64,000 nucleotides of DNA, taken from positions 1-64,000 of the forward strand of contig CT868061.1 of NCBI GenBank assembly GCA_000165425.1, given 5' to 3'. This document shows positions 40,184-53,446 of this stretch, in pieces (within the stretch, counting starts at the first letter, position 1; each line of letters opens with the position of its first letter). A model generated the notes under the pieces. It did not search any database. It saw only the letters and a list, made by a program, of their open reading frames with translations, and was not told where the DNA came from. The DNA comes from Paramecium tetraurelia (taxonomy: Eukaryota). A program made the translations under genes and the position numbers.

Positions 40184-40296
40184 TTTACTGCAAATCATTA
40201 CTTTCACTATTCTTGGAATATAATATAGACACTTCCGAGAAGTCCTTACAATTAACGATTGAATATTACATTAATTAATAAATAATCAATACTACT

Positions 40297-42879
40297 ATGG
40301 AATCTTGCTAAAAAACACACCATCAAAACAACAGAATTATTGGCATTTGTCTAAGATGCAAGAACAATTACTTGAGTTGCAAGTCTTGCTTTGCCGAATT
40401 CCATTATTAGCATAACGAAGACTTTCTATTAATTGACAACATCCTCTTAGTTGTAGATTAAGTACTATAGAAGATAAGTCAAGCAAATGATTAATTGAGA
40501 TCCCAAAAATTATTCGAATTTGGTACCTTTATCAAATCAAAATATTCTCAACTTAAAGAGATTGTCACTAAATTCATGAATTAAAACAATTAATTAAATC
40601 TATTACTTGTTCAGATGTTTAACAACAACATTCAAGATAATACACTAAATGAAATCTTGTGCCAGTTAATTGTGCAGGCTTAGAGCTTCAGTGAATAGGA
40701 ATTATAGAATATTAACAAAATTTTTATTGAATCATTTCAATAGGTGTCATTGGACAATTAGATTAGAGAAATGCTAGATAGATGTACATTTATATAAATT
40801 TATAAATAAGGTTTCCTCCTATGCTCAATTCAAAAATATCCAGAAGCACATAAGTTGTCCTAAGCATTGATAAAATTAACAAGTAAAAAATAATTTCTCA
40901 AAACATAACTTTCATAATTAAATAACATCCCTAATTAGGAAATTTGGAGTTTAGAATGCTTATTCGGAAGAAACCTCTACCTTTTAAAAAAATATAATCT
41001 GAGTATTGATTACTTCTAGAAATTATTGTAATAAGATCAGAATGAACACATCCTCGCAGAAAGTTATATATATCTCAGTCTTAACTTAATTTAGACCAAA
41101 AAATATGCTGAAGCTTTGAATGAGCTTGCCATATATCGTACTTTGAACCCTCAAAATATCCTCATTAATTTTTTTGAAGGTTCTCATGTAATTAATATTT
41201 TAGGATTTGCTTTAGAAAGAATGAATGAGATACACGATGCTATTTCGAAATATTAGGAATTGGCTCTGACAACTAATGATTTATTGTACAATTTAGCTTA
41301 TGGTAGAAACTGATAAAATATAATTAGGAAAAATCTTACTTTAAGCAGAGTTTTACGATTAAGCCGAGGAAATATTTGAAAGAATCATTTAAAGTAATAA
41401 TCAAAATGAGATTGCCTAAATTTACAAATGTATGTGTGCATTTTATAAAGGTTTAACCCTATTAATAGGAAAGAAAGTAGAAAAGGCTCTGAAACAATCA
41501 GAGAAATTGATTGATACCAAGCAAGAGAGTGTTTATGGATATGTATTGAAAGGTACAAAATTAGAGATTTTAATTTAATAGGAATTATTTTAAAGATATA
41601 AAAAAAGAATGAGGAAGTTATTACTATAAGCAATTAATTGAATTTATCTTTTCCTGATAACAGATGGAATTATTTATTTTAAAGTTGCTATTATGCATTA
41701 TGATAGGCATTATCTTAATTTAAGATTCCGATTTTTGGGAAGCAAATGGATATTTATAAAAAATAAAAGATGATAAATATATCAAAGAAAATCTAAAAAG
41801 GATTTAGGTGCGCAGCTTACTGCAACTGAAAAAAGTCCCAGAAGCTTTTGGAATTCTAAATGAAATATAATTTTGCCAAGGTTATGATAATATGTTAAAT
41901 GATACCTTTTATATGTTAAAAAAAATTGGCATGACTTTTCCCGGAGCCATTTAATTTCACAGATTATATGAAAAAAATAATAAGGATTCTGAAGCTATGC
42001 ATTTTGAAGGTTTCTCATTGATTTAACATCAGGATAATGCTATTATAACGACCTAAATTACGATAAAGCCTTATAATGTTTCGATAAAGCAATAGATGCA
42101 AATCCAAAATCGGCAAAATCATTCTATTACAAGGGTATACTATTATTTATACGGAAGGCCAAATATTATTTAGAACATTCTAATTTGAATAAGCATTAGA
42201 ATGTTACTTATAGGCTGGTAAAATAAGCTCAAAATACAATAATCACTATATAAGCTTCCACATAGGAAATTTATATTTACTTTTGTTTAAATTTGAGAAA
42301 GCCTAGGAAGCCTATAATCTTTCGATTGAACAAGATAGTTAAATAGAGGCTGGAGCTGAAAGGAGATAGGTTACTTTAGCTATGAAGGCGATAATCCATT
42401 GGTATAATAAAGATATTTAGAGTGCCCGTGACTTAGTAGATACAAATTTGTAGGTGTCTACTTTTATGTTAAGTAAGTAATTTTGAAAAGGAAATTTAGG
42501 CAGGCTTTATTAGGAATTAAAATATGATTACTAGGCTTAACATAATCTAACTCTATTTAAGTAAAACAATGTTGATGGATATAATTTTCAAAAATAAAAT
42601 TATGATCATGGATAAATGTTCATAAAATATATGGAAAAGAATTCATAATAGTTTGAATAATTGGATGATAGTAAATTTTGATTCATATTCTATTTAATAG
42701 GGGAATATGAAATAATGAAATACGCTGCTTGGGTTTTAGATTACTATGCCTACGACATTGAGTTTGGATATAAAGATTGGGATTATTCTAAAATCTTTTA
42801 TTTAACAATTTAAAATGAATAAAATGAAAAGATTACTAGATAATAATAAAGGCGTCTAGAAAAATATCCAATAATATGA
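40297..42879 (+). CDS. TPR-repeat protein with N-terminal Cys/His (B-box-like) finger
   Basis: MESCQKTHH..ICLRC..SCKSCFAEFHYQH; TPRs such as YDKALQCFDKAIDANPKSAKSFYYKG; many tiny introns. Confidence 0.75.
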
Positions 42880-42908
42880 TATATTTTAATTAATAATTGA
42901 TTTTTATA

Positions 42909-43139
42909 ATGAATAAATTAGAGAAGGAAAAAGTCTAGAAACTAGCAAAGAAGGCTTTTGATAGTCTAGATGCTGAGGGGGAAGGAAATCTCTCGTTAGA
43001 AGAATGTATTAAGGCTTTTAAAGTTCTGATGCCAGACAAGTAAATTGATCCCACTTTATTTCCTAATGAATAGATAACATTTTAAGAGTTCTTGCGAATT
43101 ATCAGCATTATTATTGATAACTACAATGTCTGTTTTTGA
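42909..43139 (+). CDS. 76-aa EF-hand protein
   Basis: AKKAFDSLDAEGEGNLSLEECIKAF and a degenerate second hand ITFQEFL. Confidence 0.7.
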
Positions 43140-43152
43140 AAAAAAAATATAA

Positions 43153-44625
43153 TCATTACTTTCTACTTATAATTGATGGTCTAATGTCCCTGTTGTAAAC
43201 CTATTACTTTTAGACAGAGGTTTCCTCCATACTTTCTTAGGAATCGAGATTATGTTTTTCAAGTGTTGGATTCAATATTTGTTTAGATTTTAGACTGATT
43301 GAATGTCCGACGTAGTCAGTGTATATGGTTGAGAAGGCATCTCCGAAGAAGGGATGTTGAAGAGCTTAATATGCGGTTATTCTTTCTTCAGGATCTTTAG
43401 CTAACATGGCTTTTAATAGTTACTAATTATAATAATTGATTGTTTACAATGCAGTTTTTAGAATAATTATGTTGTTAGACTATGGACCAATCGATTTGAC
43501 ATTTCTTGTTGTTGGCTAAGACTTAATCTGAAGTTTGGCCTTGAAAGCAACTAATTCCTTTGGACAATCTATGAGATTGGATAATATCAGTACAGTTTAA
43601 AGAATACAACTCCAAGACTAAAAATATCACAAAGAGATGTCCACGCCTTCTATTAATCTTTTCTCATGTTGACAATTTCAGGAGCCATGTAACCAGGGGT
43701 TCCACATCTATTATATTGTAATTAATTCTTAATGCTGAGTCCAAAATCTATAAATTTGACACTGTTATAATGTTGTTGTGAAATCATTATATTTTATGGT
43801 TTGATATCTCTGTGTATGACTTATTCCTAGTGTATTACTGCCAAGGCTATTAGCAAGGCTTAAAGGATGGTTTTGATGTCTGATTCTTTAAGAACGCATT
43901 GATTTTTCTTAAGCTATTCAATCAGAGTGGATAATGCAATTCCATCCAAATATTCGACAATGATTCCATAATGATACTCTTCCACTCGATACACTTCGTA
44001 AATTTTGAGGATTGAATCGTGGTTGAATGAGTGAAGAATTCCAATCTCATTCTCTACTAATTGCTATAAATATACAGGTATTTTTACCATGTTTTCCTTG
44101 TCATTCTTTTATTTGCTTGAGACATATTTCATGGCAAACACTTTTTTGTCATGTTATCTAAATATTTTGTACACTGAGGAGAACGAGCCCTTCCCAATGA
44201 GTTCATCTATTTTATAGTGGTCATCAAGGGAATGGAACCCAATTAAACAACTTATTTCTTGTCTAAACTTTTAGAGTTATTCAGAAGTTGCTTCAAAGTA
44301 CTTCACATTCTTTCTAATTTATACTTCTTTTTCAAAATTTACTTATATTTAATACCAAAGGCACGATTCTAACCATGTTCTTGTTTCCAATAAACTATGT
44401 TTTTCAAATTAAGTTCTAATTTGTACTTAGGATTTGGATCGTTGATATGCTAAGATGATGACTTATTTTTAATACTTCACCTATTGTAATCATATTGGGT
44501 AGAGCATGAACATAATAGACTTTATCTTTAAATAAGTGACGACGAACGCATTTGAATGAGTATCTCACTGTTGCATAATTTATTGAGGGTTGTGTTTATG
44601 ATGTTTCACCTGTTGATTAAAGCAT
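43153..44625 (-). CDS. CAMK-like Ser/Thr protein kinase with PH-like N-terminus
   Basis: IGKGSFSSV, FAMK, HRDIKPQNIM, IDFGLS, CGTPGYMAPE, DIFSLG. Confidence 0.9.
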
Positions 44626-44738
44626 ATAAATAATATAATAAATTCAATTGGTTATATTAAATAAATTCTTGGAATAGTTACTAGACATTCTATTTCCCTT
44701 CTCCATTATAAACAAACTGTTATTCATAACCCTTTATT

Positions 44739-44792
44739 CCTACAGTTGAATGTGTTAAATAAAGAAGATTTGTACTTGAATTCAACTGTAGG
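44739..44792. mobile_element. IES-like/Tc1-like TA-bounded element with 13-bp perfect inverted repeat
   Basis: CCTACAGTTGAAT (44739-44751) ... ATTCAACTGTAGG (44780-44792). Both ends read TACAGTTG, matching the Paramecium IES end consensus TAYAGYNR; TA-to-TA spacing is 48 bp. Confidence 0.5.
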
Positions 44793-44887
44793 TCTAGAAT
44801 TAGTTTGTGTGTTTTCTGTTATCAATAAGATTTGTAATGTTAAGAATTTGAAGAACGAAGTATACTATAATATTATACATTAACTAA

Positions 44888-45767
44888 TCAGAAAATTGTA
44901 CACTCTCCACAACATGTTCTGCTTTTTGGTTGTTCTTAGATTTCTCTTCTTTCATAATGTGATTTATTGGAGCTTTCCCTCAAGACTGCCGATGTGACAA
45001 CAGACTTATCATCTTCTTCCATTACAGTGGTTTCCATTTAACTCAGTAGTTATTACACCTTCTATTCCTACCCATAGATCAATTCATCTAATTCATATTG
45101 CAGTCTTTGCTTCTCCTCAATCAATTATAACATTAGGAGCTCTTCATTCTTGGCGTTTTTCTCTTTCAATAATTGTTTCTACTCTTGTTTCTTTTATTTC
45201 AAGAGCATCTTCTCATCTAGTTCTTATTGCTTTAATTTTTCTTATTTCATTCTTCTCTTAATAATTTACTGATTCTGCTTATTAATCTGCTCTTGTTCTT
45301 TGATTTCCAAATTAATGTCCTAGAGTAGCATTTGCTTATCCTTGATGCAATTGGTGAGTTGATTTAAGACCACTTGATCCTTGTTTGTTTGGGTCATGCA
45401 TTGGCAAATGGTATCTTCCAATTCATCAATTTTCTAATTTGATAAAATAAAATGCTACCTAATTCATAGTGAATATATGCTCATCCTATTTGCATGTCTC
45501 TTAATCGATCTCTTCCAATTGTGATAAACATTTTTCATTCATCTCTTATATTACATCATCTATTTGTTATTCATCGAAATCCAGAACATGTTGATAGATT
45601 TCATTTTTGTTGTCATCTTGGATTTTAACGACGATGTTTTCTGTGATCTCACTCTCAGCTTCAATTTTATTTTAGAGTTCCAAAACCAGAGAGAGTGCTC
45701 CAAACAATTATTCTTGGTAGTAGGGTATGGCATCTAAAGACAATTAATCAACAACAGTTTAATCCAT
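44888..45767 (-). CDS. Coiled-coil protein with C-terminal CaaX (…RTCCGECTIF*)
   Basis: Open code-6 frame with one 25-nt intron; CaaX box with upstream Cys pair. Confidence 0.75.
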
Positions 45768-45816
45768 TTTTAATAATAAATTTTATATATAACGAATATT
45801 TAGCGGGTATTTTTAA

Positions 45817-47282
45817 TCATAATTTCTATTTAGGTATAAACTCAAAAGGAGGAGGTTTGGCTTGCTTAACTTATTGAGATTTAATTAAAGGAGTCTTAAC
45901 ATTGGCCAATTACTACAGTACTTCCTAGCTGACCTGGAAACTGAAGGGCAAATTCAAAGGTTGTTATGTTTGTTTCTTTTTATCTTCTTCCTCTTTAATC
46001 TTCGCATTTAATAAATCCAATTTTGAAGCATACTTCTTTTTAACCAATTCTAATTCTTCATGCATCTATTACTCAATCTGACCCTTAAGTCTCTTTCTCT
46101 CATCCAAACTCATGTTCTAGATCTACGCTTCTAAACTCAATTCTTTGGTGTGTTCAACCTTCTTCTTTTGATGATCACTTATTTATTAGTCCATTTTATT
46201 CCACTTCAAGAAATCAGGTTCCTCCTTAGCTTGAATCATCTAATCCTTAATGACAAGAGTCCCATAATCACCATGAGTCATCTCATCATCGACCTCTTCA
46301 CAATTGGAAATAATAGTCAATGGAACCTAATCCTTAATTGATTACTGACTATTCTCATTCTTCTGCAATTTGGTTAATCTTGCTTCTTCTAATTTTTTTG
46401 AATATTGCTCCACTAGAGTTAGTAACTTTTTTTAATGTTGTTTTCCCTGTTTAATAAAGGTGTATTGCAATAATTGTTATGCAGTTGGTCTCTCATTGAC
46501 TTCAACTTTTAAACAGGCTTTAACAAATTAATTGAATTCCTTCGACCACAATTCAGGTTTGGTAAGTCCTATGGGCGGATTATTCTTGATGGCAAACATG
46601 GCTCTGACTGGATGAATATGAGAATATGGTGGAGCACCTTCTGCCAATTCGATTGCTGTGACTCCAAGGGACCAAATGTCAGTCAATTAATTGTAACGAG
46701 ACTTGCTAATCACTTCAGGACTCATCCAAAATGGAGTTCCTATAAATGTCCCCTTCATTTTAACATGAATAGTCTACTTTATCTGCACATGAATAAGTCA
46801 ATTAAGCAGCAACTCCAAAATCTGCCAATTTCACTTAACCCTTGTGATCCAACAAAATGTTCCCTGCCTTTATATCTCTATGGATTTTCTTGTTTGAATG
46901 TAGGTATTCAATCCCCAACAATGTCGAATACATAATCGCACTGATCTCTTCCTGAGTCAACCCTCGCTCCATCACTTCAATTAGACCCAACACAGAACCC
47001 GCTTCACAATATTCCATTATTAACCAGAGATTGCTCTCCTTGTAATAAGATCCTAAAAAAGACACAATGTTCGGATGTTAACAATCCTTATTAGAGAAAT
47101 CTTACTTTCAAAATCTTTATTTCCTACACCAAATTGTCAACCTCATCAACCATTGGAATTATTTTGATTGCCACTATTTATCCATCTTCCTTGTGTCTCC
47201 CCTTGTACACCGTTGCATAGGCTCCTTCTCCTATTAGCTCCAGCAACTCGAACTCCTCTTCCGGATCGTGATTCCAATACAT
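45817..47282 (-). CDS. STE20-family Hippo/MST-like kinase with SARAH-like domain
   Basis: [67 protein letters not shown]-terminal [16 protein letters not shown]. Confidence 0.9.
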
Positions 47283-47340
47283 TTTATTTTAATCAGATTA
47301 ATACTATTTTGAATTCAAGAAAAACAAATTAACTACATAC

Positions 47341-48110
47341 TCATCTCACTTGGAATGTCTCATCAACTATTTGAAGATCTTGATAAGCATAATTGATGTA
47401 TCTGGCTATCTGCACAAACTAACCCTTTATTTTGTACTCGCTCTTCCCCTCCAATATCTCAAAGTACTATCCATCATTGAATGAGAGCACAATCTTGTAA
47501 TGCAAAGTCGAATTCTGGATTGCTAACATCATATAACCATAACACTCTTACTATCCATCCCCCTCTTCACCATCCTCATATTGCTCAGATGCGAGATCTT
47601 CTATTCCATTACCTTCTTCTGACAACATATATTCCTATAACACAGTATTATCTCATCTTTCTAAGCATACACAATTCTTGTACTTCCTTATTCAAGATCA
47701 ACTTCTCCCTCTTTGTGGCAATCAAAAAACTGATTCCTATTCCCATTATAATGAAAGCCACAAAGTACTACCACCAAGTGGTTCCCTGCTTAAACACCTT
47801 CCCTTCCAATCCCCAAATCAAATTGTACAGCAAATATAGCGAAAGCAAAATTATCAATATTCCTATTCCCCAAATACTAAGTCACTTGCATTATTATCTT
47901 ACAACACAGGAACTCTGTACAAAACCATCGATTTCTAATCCTTTGAAATACCTCTCATTATTTTCTCTGCCTCTATCTTGTTATCAACATAAAATTACGA
48001 TTCAGCTACTTCTCTGTCATTTCTATGTCGTCACTCTTCCCAGCCAAATACTATTCTGATCTTTTAGAACGAGTAATTGCAGATATTGCACCAACTCTTC
48101 CAAATCTCAT
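47341..48110 (-). CDS. Two-TM membrane protein of unknown function
   Basis: Hydrophobic segments IWGIGILIILLSLYLLYNLIWG and WWQYFVAFIIMGIGISFLIA; tiny introns. Confidence 0.6.
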
Positions 48111-49113
48111 TATTTTATTATAATAATAAAAAGTCAACTTGATTACTATTATATTAATTCTTCTGCATTAATTGCATGATTGTTAGTATCATAATATTTA
48201 ATAAAGATTATAAATTTATACAGTAAGATAATTTATCTATACATTATAGATAAAATTAATTGAAATCATATGCGAAGTTTTTGACTACTTGAATGAAGAA
48301 GGAAAGAATAATATTTCATTTGATAATAATGATTATTTCAATTTCAAAGATGAATAACCATTACTTATATTAGAAAGTAGCATAAAAATGTTAAAAAGTG
48401 GGAATATAGATATAATTACAAACATCAGATATAATAATTCTTAATTTATTCAATGGAATTATACTTTATTTGAATTTTATAAGAAACTAGAAAGTATATA
48501 CTTTTTTTATTAATCGCTTATTTTGATTAATCCAATTTTGGATATAACTGAAATTAAAAAATTAATAAACATAAACATTTAGTTTATTAGTGCTAGATGA
48601 ATGAGAAGTCATTTAATAGTTTACATCAAATGGAGTATATTTTAATTAAGAAGGATAAACAATTATTTTAGCATTATTTTATATAAAATATTTAAATAGG
48701 ATTCAATTCATAACCAAGCCTTAAATTAAGCAACAATTATAATATCAAAATAATTTAATAGGTGAACTATAAAAATTAAATAAAAACTAATTTGATTTAA
48801 ATAAGAGCATATTAATAATAGAGTACCAATTAATATTTACCATAATTATAAAAATAAACTAGACTTAAACAATATAACTAGAAAATTTGCATCTAAATTT
48901 CATAATGTATTTAAATCTGATAAGAATATTTACTGATTCAGGTGAATTTAGAACTGATTTATGAAATAGACTATTTTTATTATATCTTCAGTCTCTTTCA
49001 TATCTGATTTATACGGATCTCATAATTTCATCTCATATTCTTTCATATATAGAAATATTTCTTATTTAATATTCTTTTATTAATTTTATATATAATTTTA
49101 ATTGAATTGTTTA

Positions 49114-50697
49114 ATGGATATTAATACAGAGGAACCTGAGATAGGTAAATACTATTGATTATTTTGCAGGAAAAAAAGTGTGTGTTGAGCCTGTAAATCC
49201 GCCACTACGATTACCTACAAAAGTTGATATAAGCGTGGTACGATATTATAATATTGAAGATTGATCACGAAACACCTAAAAAGTATTTCAAATTAAAAAC
49301 TCTCTAAAATTTGTTAATGTGGTTATTTTGCAAGAATCAAGTGAACCCACTATGGCTGACTGTGACTGTAAAATTTTGAATCAATAAAATAGAATAAGCA
49401 TTTAATAAGATGTGGAGTAGGTGATGAACTTGAATTTCGGGTTAAATTTGGAGACGTCTAAATATTTATCTTCCTTTAGTCAGAAGGACAAGATTGTGTA
49501 TTTCAAAGAATTGGAGTAGGGGAAGGGAAACTTTTGGCAGTCACTATTTTACACGAGGTATCACGAGGACCCAGTATTCCAAACATAAAAGCAATAATAA
49601 CAGGATCCATAGAGTGGTTTACAAGAGGAACAAATTTACAATCAATATAGGAATTTCATCTTAAACAAGGAATAACTTAAATTGAACTTTTACCCAATTG
49701 ATGAAAATATCTATCACGATTATGTGAAATTGGATGGGGAAGTGTAGACTAAGAGGATGAACATATTTGCAATGGATTGCGAGATGGTGCAGACAGAAAA
49801 TAAATTAGAACTTGCGAGAGTGTCGATAGTAGATTACAATTACAAAGTTGTGCTTGATGTATTGGTCAAACCATAAACAAAGATCTTGGATTACAACACT
49901 AAGTATTCAAAGAATAAATTAATCCTGTAGATATAGCGGCATAACTGAGGATATGTTGAGTAATGTTACTGTTACTTTGGCAGAGGCATAAAAGATGGTG
50001 AAATCTATTTTGGATGAAGATTCAATTTTGATTGGTCATTCTTTGGAGAATGATTTGAATGCTTTGTAGATAATTCATCATAAATGTGTGGATACGAGTG
50101 TGCTTTACATGACAGAAAGTAACAGAAAGTTATCATTAAAAAACCTTGCATATAAATATTTAAATTTATCTATTTAAAAGGTAAATGAATCTATTGAAAT
50201 TATAGGACACTCACGATTCGAATGAGGATGCCAAAATCGCATTGTCCTTGGCAAAGCTAAGAATTGAAATTTTGGATCACTTTCCAAGCACTTTGTTTAC
50301 TCAATAATAAACTGCTACTCCGGATGTCTTAATTTAGCTTAAGAAGTTGGGAGGCTTACATCTAGTGGAATTGAAATCGGAAGTAGAATTCCTGTTAAAA
50401 TACGACGTTGGTTTTGAGGATGTCGAATAGATCACCGATGAAAAAAGTAATTAAACCTCCAAAATCAAATAGAAATGTAGAGGATGGCTGAATTGCTTCG
50501 ATAGAGGAATGCTAATGCTGTGAATCCCAAATTAATCTTTGCTCAGATACACAACAACTTCGAGGGTTTCGAATCGTCTTTTTAGAACATGTATAATTTG
50601 GCCCCTTCTTAGACAAGTATTTTGTTACATTAAATTTTAAGTATTTATACTGTCAATTGGAGGAGAATAGTAATAATTTCTGTTAATTACCAAATGA
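49114..50697 (+). CDS. DEDDh RNA exonuclease (REXO1/Rex1-like)
   Basis: FAMDCEMV..ELARVSIVD..DYNT.YSGIT..LIGHSLENDLNAL..VDTS..SLKNLA..HDSNEDA. Confidence 0.9.
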
Positions 50698-50953
50698 TAG
50701 TGCTTATTATTCATCTATAATTATTATTGATATGTTATTTGTGTATCTCGTTTCGTATTGATCTTATTTAGCAAATTGAATGTTCTTCACTAAGTTCTAA
50801 CATTTTTTCTTTTCTATTTTATTGATCATTTATTATTCTAAGCTACTAAATAAAGGTTTTAAGCAAAAATGATTATAACCATATCTGCTAATTTAAGGTC
50901 GGTACATTTGTCCAGTAATCAAATAATTAAAAAATAAAATTAAATAAGGTTGA

Positions 50954-51500
50954 ATGGCAGAACGAAATGTAAGCGAAAATTCACTTGATTCAAAATGGCA
51001 GAGTAAGACTCAAAGCACGAAAGAAGACAAAATAACCAGTCTTTTAATTAGGCCTTACAACTACAATTGTAATTATTGAATATTAATATTAGGCTAATTA
51101 GACTAATATAATGTGAAATTATGTGGATTAGTATTCGACGCCATTGGAGTCCCAGATTTTTTTATATAAAGTGACCATGTGTAGAACAGGCAAACAGATG
51201 TCTTATAATGATTACAGATTATTCGTTATTTTATTGTTCCAAAGTCTTTGGGCCTAATATTTCTTGTTCTTCATAACTTCCTCATTTGTGAAAATCAGGA
51301 AAGTTGTTCATTTCTGGATTGTTGACAATAATGATTAACGATGTCATAAGAAATTTTGATCATGATCAAAAATTTTAAAAACTCTAGAAAATACTTTTAG
51401 AAAGCTGATAAAATGATGTTGAAGAACTCTAATAATATATAAATTTATAATCCCATTAAATCAATCTAAGATTGAGTTCTCGATTGAAGGTAATTGAACC
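50954..51500 (+). pseudogene. Decayed gene remnant
   Basis: ATG and intron-like GT..TAG segments followed by in-frame TGAs. Confidence 0.25.
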
Positions 51501-51688
51501 CAAAAATTATATTATTAATTATTTCTTTGACATATTAATCATTTCATTTTTTGATTGCTGAACCTTCCTAATAAATAAGAAAACTTTAGGAAAAAAACCA
51601 AGATTTAAAAAATGGAGGGATCATTTTATTTAAAAAGAAGGCTGAGACATAGCTTTTTGAGATTTTTATTTTTATAATATTAATTTAA

Positions 51689-52669
51689 ATGGCCGAAACG
51701 AAAGAGGAAGTTAAAGCATAACCCAAAGTATATGCTTATGCCGATCTAATCGAATTCGAGAATAAGCAAGCCTTTAGTTCAATAGGGAAGATGCCACTAT
51801 CAAACAAATAGACACTGCCGAGTTTTAGTTTTGGCTCAGCTGAACGTGCAAATTAAGCGAAACTTTATCACAACAAAGAACTTGCGAGAATAGATTTTGC
51901 AGGTAAGAGAATTATGTATAAGATCAAAGGCAAGGCTAGTCCTGGACCTGTGTACAATGTAAGAGGAGGAGATCATTTTTATTACACTTAAGATGCGAAT
52001 ACTAAATTCGGAACTGATGCGCGTAATACTTTGGGCACAGGAGCGAAGTTTGATTACTATCAAAGGAAGGACGTGGATGTAAACTTGAAGTTAAATAGTT
52101 ATAGTTTGAACCTCAAGAAGCAGATTTGATTCGAAAACCCAAATATCCAAACGTTAAGATTGGATTGGAATCCAGAGTATGCTTCTGATATATTAAGTTC
52201 CCTCCCGAAAAAAGATTAAAGGGAACTCCTGGTCCTCAATACGACCCAGCGATTAAGCCTGAGGTGCCCACTCCTGCTCAATATTCATTTGGATATAGGA
52301 GGGACATCCCAGGGGCATCAGCCTTGGCTCCCACTTGTTCAACCCCAGTGATCGTGGGGCCAGGAGCGTACTTGTAGAAGCCTCCTGCAAATACAAGTAA
52401 TTTGGAGGATGCTCCTCATTGGACTTTACCTAAGGGCCCCAAGTTAGGGAAGATCTTCGAAGGGTGGGATAAGAATCAGACCTACGACACAAAACAGTAA
52501 TGTTAATGAGATAAAAAGGATTGCTGTAGGAGTGCAAGTGAATTCTAAGAAAAAGTCGTATCCAGCATTCAGTGTGGGGAAGTCTACTAGGGAAGCGAAG
52601 GTTGGACACTTCACGTAATTAATGGTCAAGGTTCCATCGAAGGTACACATACCCCATCCAAAAATATGA
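51689..52669 (+). CDS. PGP-repeat (SHIPPO/ODF3/STPG-like) ciliary protein
   Basis: PSFSFG, SPGPVY, TPGPQY, YSFG, VGPGAY, PAFSVG repeats; tiny introns. Confidence 0.8.
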
Positions 52670-52725
52670 TTATTTAAAGATTTCATATTAAGAATATATA
52701 TATATTAAATATATTAATAAAAATA

Positions 52726-53399
52726 ATGCAAAAATATTTAGGTGCTATCTACTACTAATTCAGATACTTGATGGGCCGTGCTTTCAAAGAGACTGGGTTG
52801 TGTAAGTGAGCATATGTCTAAACTATTTAGATTTTGATCAATACGGGTCTCGTTTATCCAATGACATTGCTTGGTTAGAGCCATTATCAAGACACAGGAA
52901 GATTATGCCGTTATTTGCATTCTACAAACCCAGAATAAGTGAATCAGCCAACATTCAAGACAATGCGAGTTTGATTGGTCAAGTGAACCTTGGAGAGAAT
53001 GTGCAAATTGGATATGGAGCAATCCTGAGAGCCGATGATTAAGCCATTAGAATAGGTTCTAACAGTGTGGTTGGTGACAACACCTCAATCCAATGCTCCA
53101 GAACTCGACTACCCACAAATGTATTGGCAAGTGTAACCATTGGTATGACTTGTTGATTTGATCTCTTAGGCCAAAGTGTTACCATCGGAGATAGTTGCAT
53201 TATCAACAATTCAATCATTGACGACAACGTTACCATTGGATCTAGAACACTTATACTTGATGGTGTTCAAATCGAAAGGGGATCATAAATTGCTGAAGAT
53301 AGTGTTGTACCTCCAGGAAGATTGATACCTTCTGGTTAATTATGGGCAGGCAATCCAGTGTAATTTGTTAGAAACTTGAACGAAAAGTAGATCAATTGA
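52726..53399 (+). CDS. Gamma carbonic anhydrase-like (left-handed beta-helix) mitochondrial complex I subunit
   Basis: GRAFKETG..DQYGSRL..EPLSRHRKIM; hexapeptide repeats; YGAILRAD; VVPPGRLIPSGQLWAGNPVQFVRNL; two tiny introns. Confidence 0.88.
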
Positions 53400-53446
53400 A
53401 ATCATAATATAATAAATATAATATCAGTATAAATCAAATATGGTCT

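Noticed and set aside
44710..44740. AACTGTTATTCATAACCC resembling the ciliate telomerase RNA boundary/template
   Set aside because: No full C4A2-type template with alignment region, and the UGUCA motif is mismatched.
47481..48059. 192-aa plus-strand ORF (longest in the track)
   Set aside because: Antisense shadow of the minus-strand membrane protein gene.
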